DNA from: Tubiluchus corallicola
Lineage: Eukaryota; Animalia; Priapulida
Length of the DNA stretch: 20,135 bases
NCBI GenBank assembly: GCA_030141605.1
Contig: JAQGDQ010001248.1
Location: 1 to 20,135, forward strand
Direction of reading: 5' to 3'
Shown here: in pieces, positions 10,818 to 20,135 of the stretch
How the letters are laid out: every line of letters begins with the position of its first letter
Numbering within the stretch: the first letter of the stretch is position 1
The notes under the pieces: model-generated
Seen by the model: the letters and a program-made list of their open reading frames with translations, nothing else
Told to the model about the DNA's origin: nothing
The model's database searches: none
Position numbers and translations under genes: made by a program

Positions 10818-11203
10818 TAAATAGGTTAGTGGACGACATGGTTTCAATCGCTATGCTGTTTCTGCTTGTTCACCTCTTTCATGGAGGGCGCACAAACAGC
10901 CATATGTAGCTAAGATATCTCTGCCAAGTGTCTCATCTTAGAAGCATAGATCCCGGTCCCGGTACAGCTCTGCACGTTCAGTAGACCCTGTCGTCGAGTT
11001 TTGGATTTATATGAAAAAATATTTTGCATTATCTCTACGCTTTACGTTTTAATATCAGGGGCGGATCCAGGATTTCTGAAAGGAAGGGGGTCCGGATGCT
11101 CTGAACCCCTTCTAGATCCGTTTCTGTAATATTGTTAAAACCAAGGATGATGTAGAAAATTAAATTTTAAATCAAATAAATTCAATGCAACTTGAAATTC
11201 AAA
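10818..11203 (-). repeat. Dispersed repeat 'B', second copy, containing a small MITE-like element at 11056-11126
   Basis: Reverse complement of 2716-3098, with internal imperfect inverted ends CAGGGGCGGATCCAG...CTAGATCCGTTTCTG. Confidence 0.9.
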
Positions 11204-11390
11204 TCCTACTGTTCGGCACACATCAAGCCAGACTACAACATAGGCCAGGCATTTGTGGCAATACGAGGACCTAGATCACAATCAAAGCCACGCCTCTGTG
11301 ATTAGACAGTAAACCAGGAGGAATGCCTCAGCGAATGCGAACTCATCCACCTTCGATCAGGCAGTTCAATGAGTATGACAAACGAAACTT

Positions 11391-11650
11391 CCGAGAACGA
11401 GTATTGAACCCAGATCCTCATTAATAGCTTCCGCATCGCGTAAAGGAAAAACAGCTGTTTTTTAAAAGAGACTTTTCCAAATTTCTTTTTTATAAAGTTT
11501 AAGTGATAAAACTGCCGAGAACGAGTATTGAACCCAGATGCTCATCCAGCCTTTACTTAGTAGCCTCAGCATCGCGTAAAGGAGAAGACAGGTGTTTTTT
11601 TAAACAGATTTTTCCAAATTTCTTTTTTGTAAAGTTTGTGATAAAACTAT
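11391..11650. repeat. Two-copy tandem duplication (~125-135 bp units)
   Basis: CCGAGAACGAGTATTGAACCCAGAT...GCATCGCGTAAAGGA...TTTTCCAAATTTCTTTTTT...GTGATAAAACT starts at 11391 and again at about 11516. Confidence 0.93.
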
Positions 11651-12229
11651 AATAAACCCGATATACTAAAACTATTTTATACTACTAGTGTATGGAAAGT
11701 TTCAGGCGAGGTGATATGACGTAACCATTGTTATGACGTAACTGGTGCTCTTCGTAATTTTTTATAAGCCCATCGTGGCTTTCCGTAAGAGGGCGCTGCT
11801 TAAATTAATTCAAACTTCTGCAGCTTACCTAACGTTCGGTGCAAAAATATCACAAAAATATCTAATTTTTTCAAAAAATTATTGTACTTTTGTCTTAATA
11901 TACAGTACGCTGTCTTTCTTCAGCTCGTGAGTGACGTCATTGGTGGAAGAATTGGTCATGATTTCACTAATTGCACAAATGACACTTTTATCCGAAAATC
12001 CTTCTAAGATTTCCCCCTATCATTCAGATAAGCCTAACTTCTAAGAGAGCTTTGCCTTTCCTTTAACTTCGGATGCAAAGCACACGTCGTGACTGCTTGG
12101 CTGATTCTGATTCTGGTGATTTTTCCTGGTTGTGATGGGTGAGAGAAAAGAAATTGTTTTCCTTACAAGGTCGGTCCTATATTCCGTGATTAACTCAATT
12201 GAAGTGTAAACGCAAAAGTTGCTTCTTAA

Positions 12230-12538
12230 CCCTTTCAGTCCCAAATTATTCTTTTTAATAAGAAAAAAAATTTGGCTTGGTACTTTTGTTTAGTATGTCC
12301 ATCTTGTTTACACATAATAATTATTTTTTTCTACCTGTGCCCGCATGCTAAATATAGCGTGTTTTTTGTGCTATGTAGATTTTTTAGTTTGCCATTTTAT
12401 CACTGTTTTAGTCTATTGTTATTGGCTTAAATCAAAATAACTATTAACAGATCAAATAACTGTCAGTTTTAAAATTTTATTAATTTTAAAGGCAGGAAAT
12501 ATTCTCGTATCCCATGGGATACAACGGGTATGAAAGGG
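12230..12538 (+). mobile_element. piggyBac-like MITE (~309 bp), complete
   Basis: TTAA on both sides (12226-12229 and 12539-12542), imperfect 13-bp TIRs CCCTTTCAGTCCC / GGGTATGAAAGGG, and a subterminal palindrome GTATCCCATGGGATAC. Confidence 0.88.
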
Positions 12539-13415
12539 TTAATATTAACCCAGTTTGTGCCTTCACACCCTGCATGATATTAATTCATAGAAATTCCTCC
12601 AGGTTTGACTTTCGCGTGTTCTTTTTCTTTCTTTACTTTCTTTTTCTTTCTTTTTTTACCTTTTGCGGTTCCTGTCGACAAATATTAAACAAACTAAACC
12701 ATCTGTGACATATGTACATCTTAGAATTTTGACAGTGGTTTTTGTGGACGGAGCTTTTTTAAAAAAACTTTTCAAAAACAGATGTTTTTTTCACAATAAA
12801 TTTATTCACGCCTGCTAATAATACAATAAATCGCCACAATTTGTGTTATGTTCATGTACAAAAAGTTGTTAAATTACAATTGAGTCATTCATCACACTTG
12901 AGTATGTATATTACAAATCTTTTGTGTAGTTATCATTCAGTATAGAAAAAAGATTTTTTACATTGGCAAGAACATCATCTAGTTTAATGTAAAACACAAT
13001 CTGGTACATTAAAATTTACAAGGAAATCTGATTCAAAATCACTCGACAGATGTCACCGCGAGGCAGAACAGATCCGACAGAAAGGTAAGTTAATGTAGTG
13101 AAATGATCTTTGCAGAATAGATGACGAAAGTTCAACCAATCAGAATGGATTACGTCAGAGATTAGCTTATTTATAAATCATGTTTTTTAGTACACGTAAA
13201 ATTTCTCAACTAGCTAAGAGAATTGTAAATAGTTTGGCCAGTGAATACCTGGAAAAGGAAAAGTCAAGGAAGGCACAGTTGTCATACTAGCGCTTCAGGC
13301 CAGAGCCTGGCAGCCAACATTTATTTCATTTCGTTTTTTCTAACCTCTTTTCAGTTCATATCTCTAATTCTTCGCAGTTCTATCTAAGACAAGCCACCAT
13401 GTCTTAGATCATGCC

Positions 13416-13576
13416 TTACTCTAGCCAATCAGATGTGTCTTATATTACTGCGCCTAAAGGCCAACCAACTTACACGTAGTGCCCGTCTCCACGGTCACAA
13501 GTCAGCAGAGGACGTTACTATGGTGACAGGTCAGCAGTGGCTCGTTGCTACGTGTTACTAAAGATAGATGTTATTA
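13416..13576 (+). repeat. ~160 bp direct repeat, copy 1, with CCAAT and RFX X-box-like motifs
   Basis: Highly similar to 15093-15252. Contains GCCAATCAG (13424-13432), GTCTCCACGGTCAC (13485-13498) and GTTACTATGGTGAC (13514-13527). Confidence 0.9.
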
Positions 13577-14728
13577 TGTGATTGTAGATTTTTTTCGGAA
13601 TAGTTAGTGTTATTAGGCAACTAACTGCTATAAGCTAGAACAATGTCCTCCTGGAATGGTTTAATTAGTCACCGGAAGATGACGCTAGGAAGATGACAAT
13701 GTACATAATTTCATACAGTTATTCACAATCATACAGAAGGTAAACAAATTAAAACTACTGTTACTAAAAAAGTTGATTGTTGAAATCACAACATTTGTGT
13801 CGCTTCTAATCCGTCCGGCTATTCGGTGGCGCCATCTTTGATCATAATTTGCAAACTAACCGGAGGAATATGTTAGCTTTCTAGTCCGACCGCATTTTTC
13901 TGCTAACCGTATGTAAATAACAGTATAAACAGAGAATACACAGACATTATCGGACAGCAGTTTACTTCCGTGTAATTCCGACAGCAAATATTGATTTACA
14001 ATGTTAAATAATGTGGATTAGTCAATGTTGTTATAACAACATTCGTAATTATTATTATTACAATACAATTACAATCTTTACGCCAATGGAAACTCATTGA
14101 GCAGAGCGCACAATTGTTTCTTTTGATTTTTCACAATTGACAAAGGAACAAAATATTACAGTTGTTCTCTATTTACACTCAAACACGATAAAATAAATGT
14201 TAACACGATATTTTGTGAACGAAACCTTCGATGCTAAAACACAGTGCTTTGCTGAATTCTTTCCGCCCCAAAGTATACTCTGATTTTTACTCTGATTTAT
14301 TATTTTTATTTATTATTATTATTATTATCACATTCAGTAGAATATAATTACATTAAGTACACCGTGACATCAAAATTATTACATCTACTGCATTAAATTG
14401 TTATGTTTCATACACTATCGTTATCACAAAAGAATAATTGTGCTGCAGTGGGTTAGAGAAGCAAAGGCTTGTATAAGCCCACTGTCATGTGAACCCGATA
14501 AAAAAAGAATGGATGAGTGAACAAGAAAAAGAACTGGGAGAAATGTTAGATCACACAGGAAGGGTAGAAGGATGTGTTGGTGGAAATGGTAGGAAGAAAG
14601 ATAATAGATTGCGCTATGTTGATATCAGCTCTAAAGATTTATCAATGATGCCTTGTTTTGCATAATCTGTACCAGGATTGTGGTATGACTGCTGCAGTAA
14701 GTGTGGGAAATTAGGAAATTAGTATAAC

Positions 14729-15002
14729 CTGGTATGGAGACATTGACTATAACTGTAGGTACAGTGAAGTAACAGAGCAAGCGTTTGAATATTGTAAACA
14801 CTCTGGGTAATCTGCCTGCCCGTTTGCATGTGTATCTTATGAACACACGCCATGTGTAAAGATCTTCTGGTATGGAGACATTGACCATAACTGTAGGTAC
14901 AGTGAAGTAACAGAGCAAGCGTTTGAATATTGTAAACACTCTGCACAGTCTGCCTGCCCATTTGCATCTGTATCTTATGAACACACGCCACGTGTAAAGA
15001 TC
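14729..15002. repeat. Two-copy 138-bp tandem duplication
   Basis: CTGGTATGGAGACATTGAC...TGTAAAGATC starts at 14729 and 14867 with few mismatches. Confidence 0.95.
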
Positions 15003-15092
15003 AGCTTCCTCTGAACGCTCTGCAAGTGTGAGATTCTAATGCTTAAGAGTTAGGAATCACTGACCCTATCACCGGTAGTATGCTGGAAGCTG

Positions 15093-15252
15093 TTACTCTG
15101 GCCAATCAGATGTGTCTAATTTACTGTGCCTAAAGGCCAATCAACTTACACGTAGTGCCCGTCTCCACGGTGACAAGTCAGCAGAGGACGTTACTATGGT
15201 GACAGGTCAGCAGTGGCTCGTTGCTACGTGTTACTAAGGATAGATATTATTA
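15093..15252 (+). repeat. ~160 bp direct repeat, copy 2, with CCAAT and RFX X-box-like motifs
   Basis: Matches 13416-13576. Contains two CCAATCA, GTCTCCACGGTGAC (15161-15174) and GTTACTATGGTGAC (15190-15203). Confidence 0.9.
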
Positions 15253-15835
15253 GATGTGTGACATAAGTCAACTAAGTTCAGCCTCAGAATTGGGTTATGC
15301 AAGGAGCAGTATTACCAGCTGGAAAGCAGTCAGTTTGTAGACTCATGTGCTTTGCTATAGATTCTGCGCTAGGCGTTTCTCTACCTTCTTAGACTTATTG
15401 TGGATGTTCATCAGTGTACACGTTACGTTCGATATACTATACGATCACATATGCTAAACAAGACTTTATGTTTTATACATATTTCATCTTGCTCAGAAGA
15501 CAACCACAAGTCACCTTCGTTATTACTGATACCTACATCATTATTACTACAGTCACATAAGTTTCAATTGTAACGTTCGATATTTTAAGAGAACACTTGT
15601 ATTGTCTATGGTCTTGAAAAAATATTATTGTATTGATCCGAGTTAGAAAACTTCCTTCGTTATTGCTGAGGGACCAGGGTTGGGTTGAGGGTACAGGGTG
15701 CCTAAGACTATCAACAAACGAAATCCCACAAGGCCCCACACTGTAAAAGAGAGCAGCGTATTTGTGTTTCCTCTTTCTACAGAGTCATAAACTTCTCTCT
15801 AAGAACCTACCAAGTGTCAGTTAAACGGCGAACAA

Positions 15836-15972
15836 AAATTCTCCAAAAATGTCCAAAAATCTCCAAAAATGTCCAAAAATCTCCAAAAAATGTCCAAAAA
15901 TCTCCAAAAAATGTCCAAAAACCTCCAAAAATCTCCAAAAAGGTGCAAAAATCTCCAAAAATCTCCAAAAAA
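15836..15972. repeat. 10-11 bp minisatellite (TCTCCAAAAA / TGTCCAAAAA)
   Basis: About 13 alternating units. It is the source of the KSPKNVQ and PKISKKC ORFs. Confidence 0.92.
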
Positions 15973-16357
15973 GTCATGTTTTGCTCATACGAGGAACAGT
16001 GCGTAGAAAAAACCTCCTAGCAGCATCCCGGGGAAGAAAATATATAGCCTCTTTGAAAAGAGTAGAAACCGGGCTACAAAATAGTGAGGTCTCTTGCACA
16101 AATGTCTCCACCAGGACGACGGATTCCTGGTTTACAAGTTATTTTTTGGAACCTTTTTGGACGCTCGTGTATGTTCAAAGTGTTGAACTGGTCAATTTAA
16201 CATACTCCCCTTAAGAAAACTCACATCAATAAATTTGTTGTCCTGCTTACTAACTAGAATTATCTGGCTTTAATTGGTCATCGGTTCAAGACACCACGGG
16301 CCTATCGAAATTTAGGGCCTAAGTTTGTAGCTTTATTGGCCTCATTGTTAAACCGCC

Positions 16358-16765
16358 AAATCACGTTGAAAACACCGGTTCTCGTCTGATCAGCGAAGTT
16401 AAGCAACGTAGAACCAGGTTACTTCTTCGATGGGTGACCGCCTAGGTATACCAGTTGCTGTAGGCTTGAGTGGAGCCCCGAAGGCGGACCAGTGCAGCAT
16501 GCTTACTGACTCCGGCAGCTCCTGCAGGAAACCTGGTGCCAAACATATCACTCCGCTTTCCTTTGGACTACACCAGCGAGGGGTTCCTGTAGTCTGGGCA
16601 ACTCAGGATCTCCATACACCTTGCCCAGGCGTGCGCCCTGTAGACGTTCAAGGATCGGACTGCTCAGCCACAGTCGACGCTGCAGCTCCATCAATGTGAT
16701 CAATAACTGACTCTCTTGGCGCACACTCCATTGTCTTCTGAGACAGAACGATGCCAACCAACCAC
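16358..16765 (+). mobile_element. 5S rRNA-derived SINE (SINE3-type), copy C, near full length
   Basis: 5S-like head at about 16355-16467 (first few nt missing), then linker, shared body and CCAACCAACCAC tail. An 11-bp TSD GTTAAACCGCC lies at 16347-16357 and 16766-16776. Confidence 0.93.
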
Positions 16766-17196
16766 GTTAAACCGCCCCTGGATAATTTATCCATCCCCGG
16801 GGGTCGTTCGCAGTCGTTTCCTGGCACCCCCCCCTTTACATTTGCAAAAGCATGCAGTTTCGAGAAATGTTTTTAGAGAAAACAGCTTAGCGGATTCTCA
16901 ACTCGAAACGTGTTTCCGGTGTGTCATTATTATTCTTAAACTAATTACAAAGAATTAAACATTAATAACAACCTAAGTAGTTTACAACAGACAATGATTT
17001 AAATGTTTATCTTATCTTAAGATCACATAAATTACAAGTTCAATCTATGACCCACAACATGCTTTATCTATGACCCACAACGCTCAATAACTTAATCTGG
17101 CTTTCATAAAGCCACATGTAAAATATTTATACTTCAGAAAAGTCAATTGTCTTATTATATCTAATGTTTTCACAATGTTAATAATATTATAGTTCT

Positions 17197-17305
17197 CTAT
17201 GTTATAACTATGCCCTTATATGTACATGCCCCGCCCTCTCCCTCTGTTAGACCGGGCCACAGATAAGTTATTATCCGGGACGAGTATTGATCTGACGTGT
17301 GGTAC
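17197..17305 (-). CDS. Terminal coding exon of a Mieap/SPATA18-like domain protein: (R)YHTSDQYSSRIITYLWPGLTEGEGGACTYKGIVIT*
   Basis: Acceptor TTTTCGTTTCAG. The first G completes the AG|G Arg codon from the previous exon (phase 2), and TAG stop is at 17199-17197. The WP.L......KG.V.T ending resembles the Mieap domain C-terminus. It is too short to appear in the ORF track. Confidence 0.88.
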
Positions 17306-17367
17306 CTGAAACGAAAATTAATAGCACTCATTAATTATTGATTTTTAATTTTTTCTATCCTATGTAC

Positions 17368-17777
17368 TAGGGGTAAGCATTCTGTACCAGAAAGCGAATT
17401 CGAATCGAACCGAACTTCAGTGTTTCGAATACGAAACGAATTCGAATTGAGATCGAAAGATTTTCGAACAAGTTTTCGAACCTCCAGTAATAATGAGTCT
17501 TACAAAGATCATGCATATCACTAGATTTCGTTCTGCAATAAAACGACTAGTAATTTCTTTAAAATTGTGTGCAGAAATCACAGCTAAATTATGCTAATTG
17601 CATGATGTTTCAATCGTTTTAGTGATAAAGAACATGTGTGATTGAAGTGCTGAATTATTCGAATTTATAGTTATGGATTCGAATCGAGTTCGAACTAAAA
17701 AAACACGTTCGAATGGAATTGGATCGTTCGAATTCGATTCGAACGTTTCAAACTCGAACGTTCGATGCTCACCCCTA
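17368..17777. mobile_element. hAT-type MITE (410 bp) in the last intron
   Basis: Perfect 8-bp TSD CTATGTAC (17360-17367 and 17778-17785), 13-bp TIRs TAGGGGTAAGCAT / ATGCTCACCCCTA, and dense subterminal TTCGAA motifs at both ends. Confidence 0.92.
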
Positions 17778-17961
17778 CTATGTACAAAGGAACTTTACAT
17801 TTTAGTAGTAAGCTCGTTTGTTATTGAATCAATGATGTTTATACAATTTAAGAAAATTGATTATTTAGCAGACAGATCATTTCTTATTAGGATTATGTTC
17901 TTTAAGAAATTTGAAAAATAATACTACATTTGATAGAAAGACGATTTATTATTCATTATGC

Positions 17962-18177
17962 AATGGCGCGTTTAGACGTAGAGATTTCTCTCGCAACTTG
18001 TTGCGCAACTTCTTTCTGAGACTAAAGTTACACGTGTGAACAGCTTGGCAACTTCTCTCGCAACTTGCTGAGCAACTTCTCGCTGCCAAGCCATTCACAC
18101 GTTGCAACTTTTTTCACTCTTAGCGACAAGTTGCTCAACAAGTTGCGAGAGAAATCTTTACGTCTGAACGCGCCATT
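17962..18177. mobile_element. Palindromic MITE (~216 bp, ~50 bp TIRs), possibly PIF/Harbinger-type
   Basis: AATGGCGCGTTTAGACGTAGAGATTTCTCTCGCAACTTGTTGCGCAACTT pairs with AAGTTGCTCAACAAGTTGCGAGAGAAATCTTTACGTCTGAACGCGCCATT, with internal GCAACTT repeats. The TSD is not clean, so the superfamily is tentative. Confidence 0.82.
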
Positions 18178-18430
18178 AGTGTTGTCAATATAATTTACAT
18201 AAATTGCAAAAAAACATTCGGTTGTTAGACATGCTTCTAACTTAACTTCAGTTTGAAATGCTCAGAATTGCTTTAGCCTGATAAATAATGATTTCTTGAA
18301 AGCAAAATTGACGAAAAAATTATTTCTCTAATGGACTCGAACTCAAAACTTCTGTATTTCCGGCAGCTATTTTGCAGATGATAAATGGACAGGTAGCTAT
18401 GAACTTGAAGGTCATTAGGTCATTTCTTAC

Positions 18431-18606
18431 CTTTCATGCATAGTTTCATTAAAGGAGTGAGACTCGTATTCTATGCAATAGGCTGGTATCTGGTTGGATA
18501 ACGCCCACGCTATTTTCACACATTCTTCGATGTACAGTGTTAGACCCGCGCAAGACGGTAGGCTGGGAAAATCGTAAAGTGTGGAGTACAGTTGAGAGCA
18601 CACGTC
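18431..18606 (-). CDS. Penultimate coding exon of the Mieap/SPATA18-like protein: DVCSQLYSTLYDFPSLPSCAGLTLYIEECVKIAWALSNQIPAYCIEYESHSFNETMHE(R)
   Basis: Acceptor TTTTGTTTCAG and donor AG|GTAAG. Length 176 nt (phase 0 to phase 2), in frame with both neighbouring exons. YI.EC..IAW.L....P resembles the Mieap domain core. Confidence 0.9.
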
Positions 18607-18685
18607 CTGAAACAAAACGAAAAACGAAATGAAAGACTTGAGATGAAGTAGGCAGCGTATACTTAACACCAGAGCTAATGTTGTT

Positions 18686-19012
18686 GTGACCTTGAGTTCT
18701 TGACCTTTAACATTTAATGTTTGAGTGCACGTAAGACATAAACAGAGATTTAAAGATGACTGCTGTTTCATATTCCCTATTTTAAATGTGATCTTAATTT
18801 TCAGACCGTTAACCTCTGCGCACATATAAGATACATGTATAAACAGAGCACATAAAGACACATCAGATGCTTCCAACTTTAAATGTGACCTTGCCCTTCT
18901 GACAGTTGACCTTTTCTCTTTATTTATGCATATTGTATAAACAAAGAACTTCGTGGCCGTCAACAAAACATGTTCCTAGCTATAACTGTGACCTGGACTT
19001 TGTGATCTTTGG
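18686..19012. repeat. Degenerate TGACCT-rich intronic repeat fragments (similar segment at 19470-19612)
   Basis: Clustered GTGACCTTGA, TTGACCTTT, GTGACCTTGCC and GTGACCTGGAC motifs. The 19470-19612 segment begins CCTTGACCTTTAACCTCTGACCT and ends in ACAGACAAACAAAC. The family was not identified. Confidence 0.45.
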
Positions 19013-19043
19013 CTCTTCATTTCTATTCACATGTAGTGCTTAA

Positions 19044-19355
19044 ATCACATATGTCAATCACATATCATCAATGTCAACTCAATGTCATCACATATCATCA
19101 ATGTCAACTCAATGTGTCATCACAAATCATCAATGTCAACTGAATGTCAATCACACATCATCAATGTCAACTGAATGTCATCACATACATCAATCAATCA
19201 ATGTCATCACATATCATAAATGCAACTCAATGTCATCACATATCATCAATGTCATCACATATCATCAATGTCAACTCAATATCAATCACATATCATCAAT
19301 GTGAACTCAATGTCAGTCACATATCAACAATGTCAACTCAATGTCATCACATATG
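19044..19355. repeat. ~30-bp intronic minisatellite (AATGTCATCACATATCATC + AATGTCAACTC subunits)
   Basis: About 10-11 imperfect units. It explains ORFs 19071..19304 and 19144..19368. Confidence 0.92.
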
Positions 19356-19632
19356 TTACCAATTTTAAATAAAATCTCGGCTTCTGTTAGTTAATGTTTT
19401 TCCTGCATATTAAGACCTGAAGACGAAATGCCCTAGTAGACATTAACGATTTTTCACTCTCGATAAACCTTGACCTTTAACCTCTGACCTCTAATCATTT
19501 ACACACGCCAAGTAGAGAAGATGTATATTAGTGAATAACCTCGCCAAGTTTAATTGTGGCAGAGCAATCATTTTCAGAAATCACTAGACGAATGCACAGA
19601 CAAACAAACAGTCAAATCACTTCTAAGGGTAC

Positions 19633-19815
19633 CTGCACATTCGGTCTGACGTCATACTTGTCCACAGTCTTGCGCATGTAGAAGCCAATACTCTCTAACA
19701 TGTCTGTCACAGCGGCATCTTGCGGTCCCGTGGGGGTGACAACAGGTAACCCCAGAATCTGCCTCAGGGCAGCTTTCTTTTTCTCAATGGTAGAGCGAAC
19801 AGAACGGAACGCCAA
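19633..19815 (-). CDS. Internal coding exon of the Mieap/SPATA18-like protein: LAFRSVRSTIEKKKAALRQILGLPVVTPTGPQDAAVTDMLESIGFYMRKTVDKYDVRPNVQ
   Basis: Acceptor TTTCTTTTTTGTCTCAG and donor CAG|GTAC. Length 183 nt (61 codons, phase 0/0), GC-richer than the flanks. Upstream exons are presumably outside the window. Confidence 0.88.
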
Positions 19816-19931
19816 CTGAGACAAAAAAGAAATTATAATAAATACTTTTGACCCATAGAACATAGAACATAGGACATTTATATTCTCCAATTAGTTTAAC
19901 ATCAAAACTTTTAAGATATTAAAATATTATA

Positions 19932-20091
19932 GAACATTATTTTATTATAAACTAACACATTCTTTCTTTGGCTCTTGGTCATCATAATATTAATTTTTAA
20001 TACGTAATGGTTAAATTATTATTTAAAGATAGTCACGTGTGTCTCTTCTTTCCCATTATTGAACATTATTTTATTATAAACTAACACATTC
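19932..20091. repeat. Exact 31-bp direct repeat (19932-19962 and 20061-20091)
   Basis: GAACATTATTTTATTATAAACTAACACATTC occurs twice, 98 bp apart. Confidence 0.85.
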
Positions 20092-20135
20092 GTATAGCAA
20101 TACGTAACTGAACGAAGCATACTGAGGTATTGTTC

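Noticed and set aside
13382-13424. Helitron 3' end (ATCTAAGACA/TGTCTTAGAT hairpin, then CTAG)
   Set aside because: The stem is AT-rich, CTAG is not followed by T, and no matching 5' end was found.
14631-14991. 117-aa and 90-aa ORFs with an internal repeat
   Set aside because: They arise from the 138-bp tandem duplication (a multiple of 3) and show no recognisable domain.
13416-15252. LTR/TRIM element bounded by the 160-bp direct repeats
   Set aside because: No TG...CA termini, primer-binding site, adjacent polypurine tract or TSD could be identified.
16355-16467. Functional 5S rRNA gene (also 4071-4190)
   Set aside because: The copies are dispersed and diverged, lack an oligo-T terminator, are fused to a shared body and are flanked by TSDs, so they are SINE heads.
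17395-17765. Heat-shock elements among the GAA/TTC clusters
   Set aside because: Most are TTCGAA without the nGAAn spacing and are better explained as subterminal repeats of the hAT MITE.

Overview
AT-rich, repeat-dense eukaryotic (animal, probably invertebrate) genomic DNA; nothing here looks prokaryotic or viral. The only convincing protein-coding sequence is the last three coding exons of a minus-strand gene (19815-19633, 18606-18431, 17305-17197). These splice in frame with GT-AG introns and encode a C-terminal domain resembling the Mieap/SPATA18 family; the 5' part of the gene lies beyond the right edge. The rest is non-coding. It includes three copies of a 5S-rRNA-headed SINE (each with its own target-site duplication), piggyBac-, hAT- and probably PIF/Harbinger-type MITEs, a ~2.3 kb array of 28-bp repeats with higher-order structure, complex (GAT)n microsatellites in inverted orientation, and several dispersed and tandem duplications. 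The most unusual structure is a ~370 bp circularly permuted L2/CR1-type reverse-transcriptase fragment inserted in the tail of one SINE copy. A duplicated ~160 bp cassette with CCAAT and RFX X-box-like motifs is also notable. Nearly all ORFs in the supplied track are repeat artefacts. I find no evidence for a new multi-gene system. Family assignments rest on motif recognition, not database searches.
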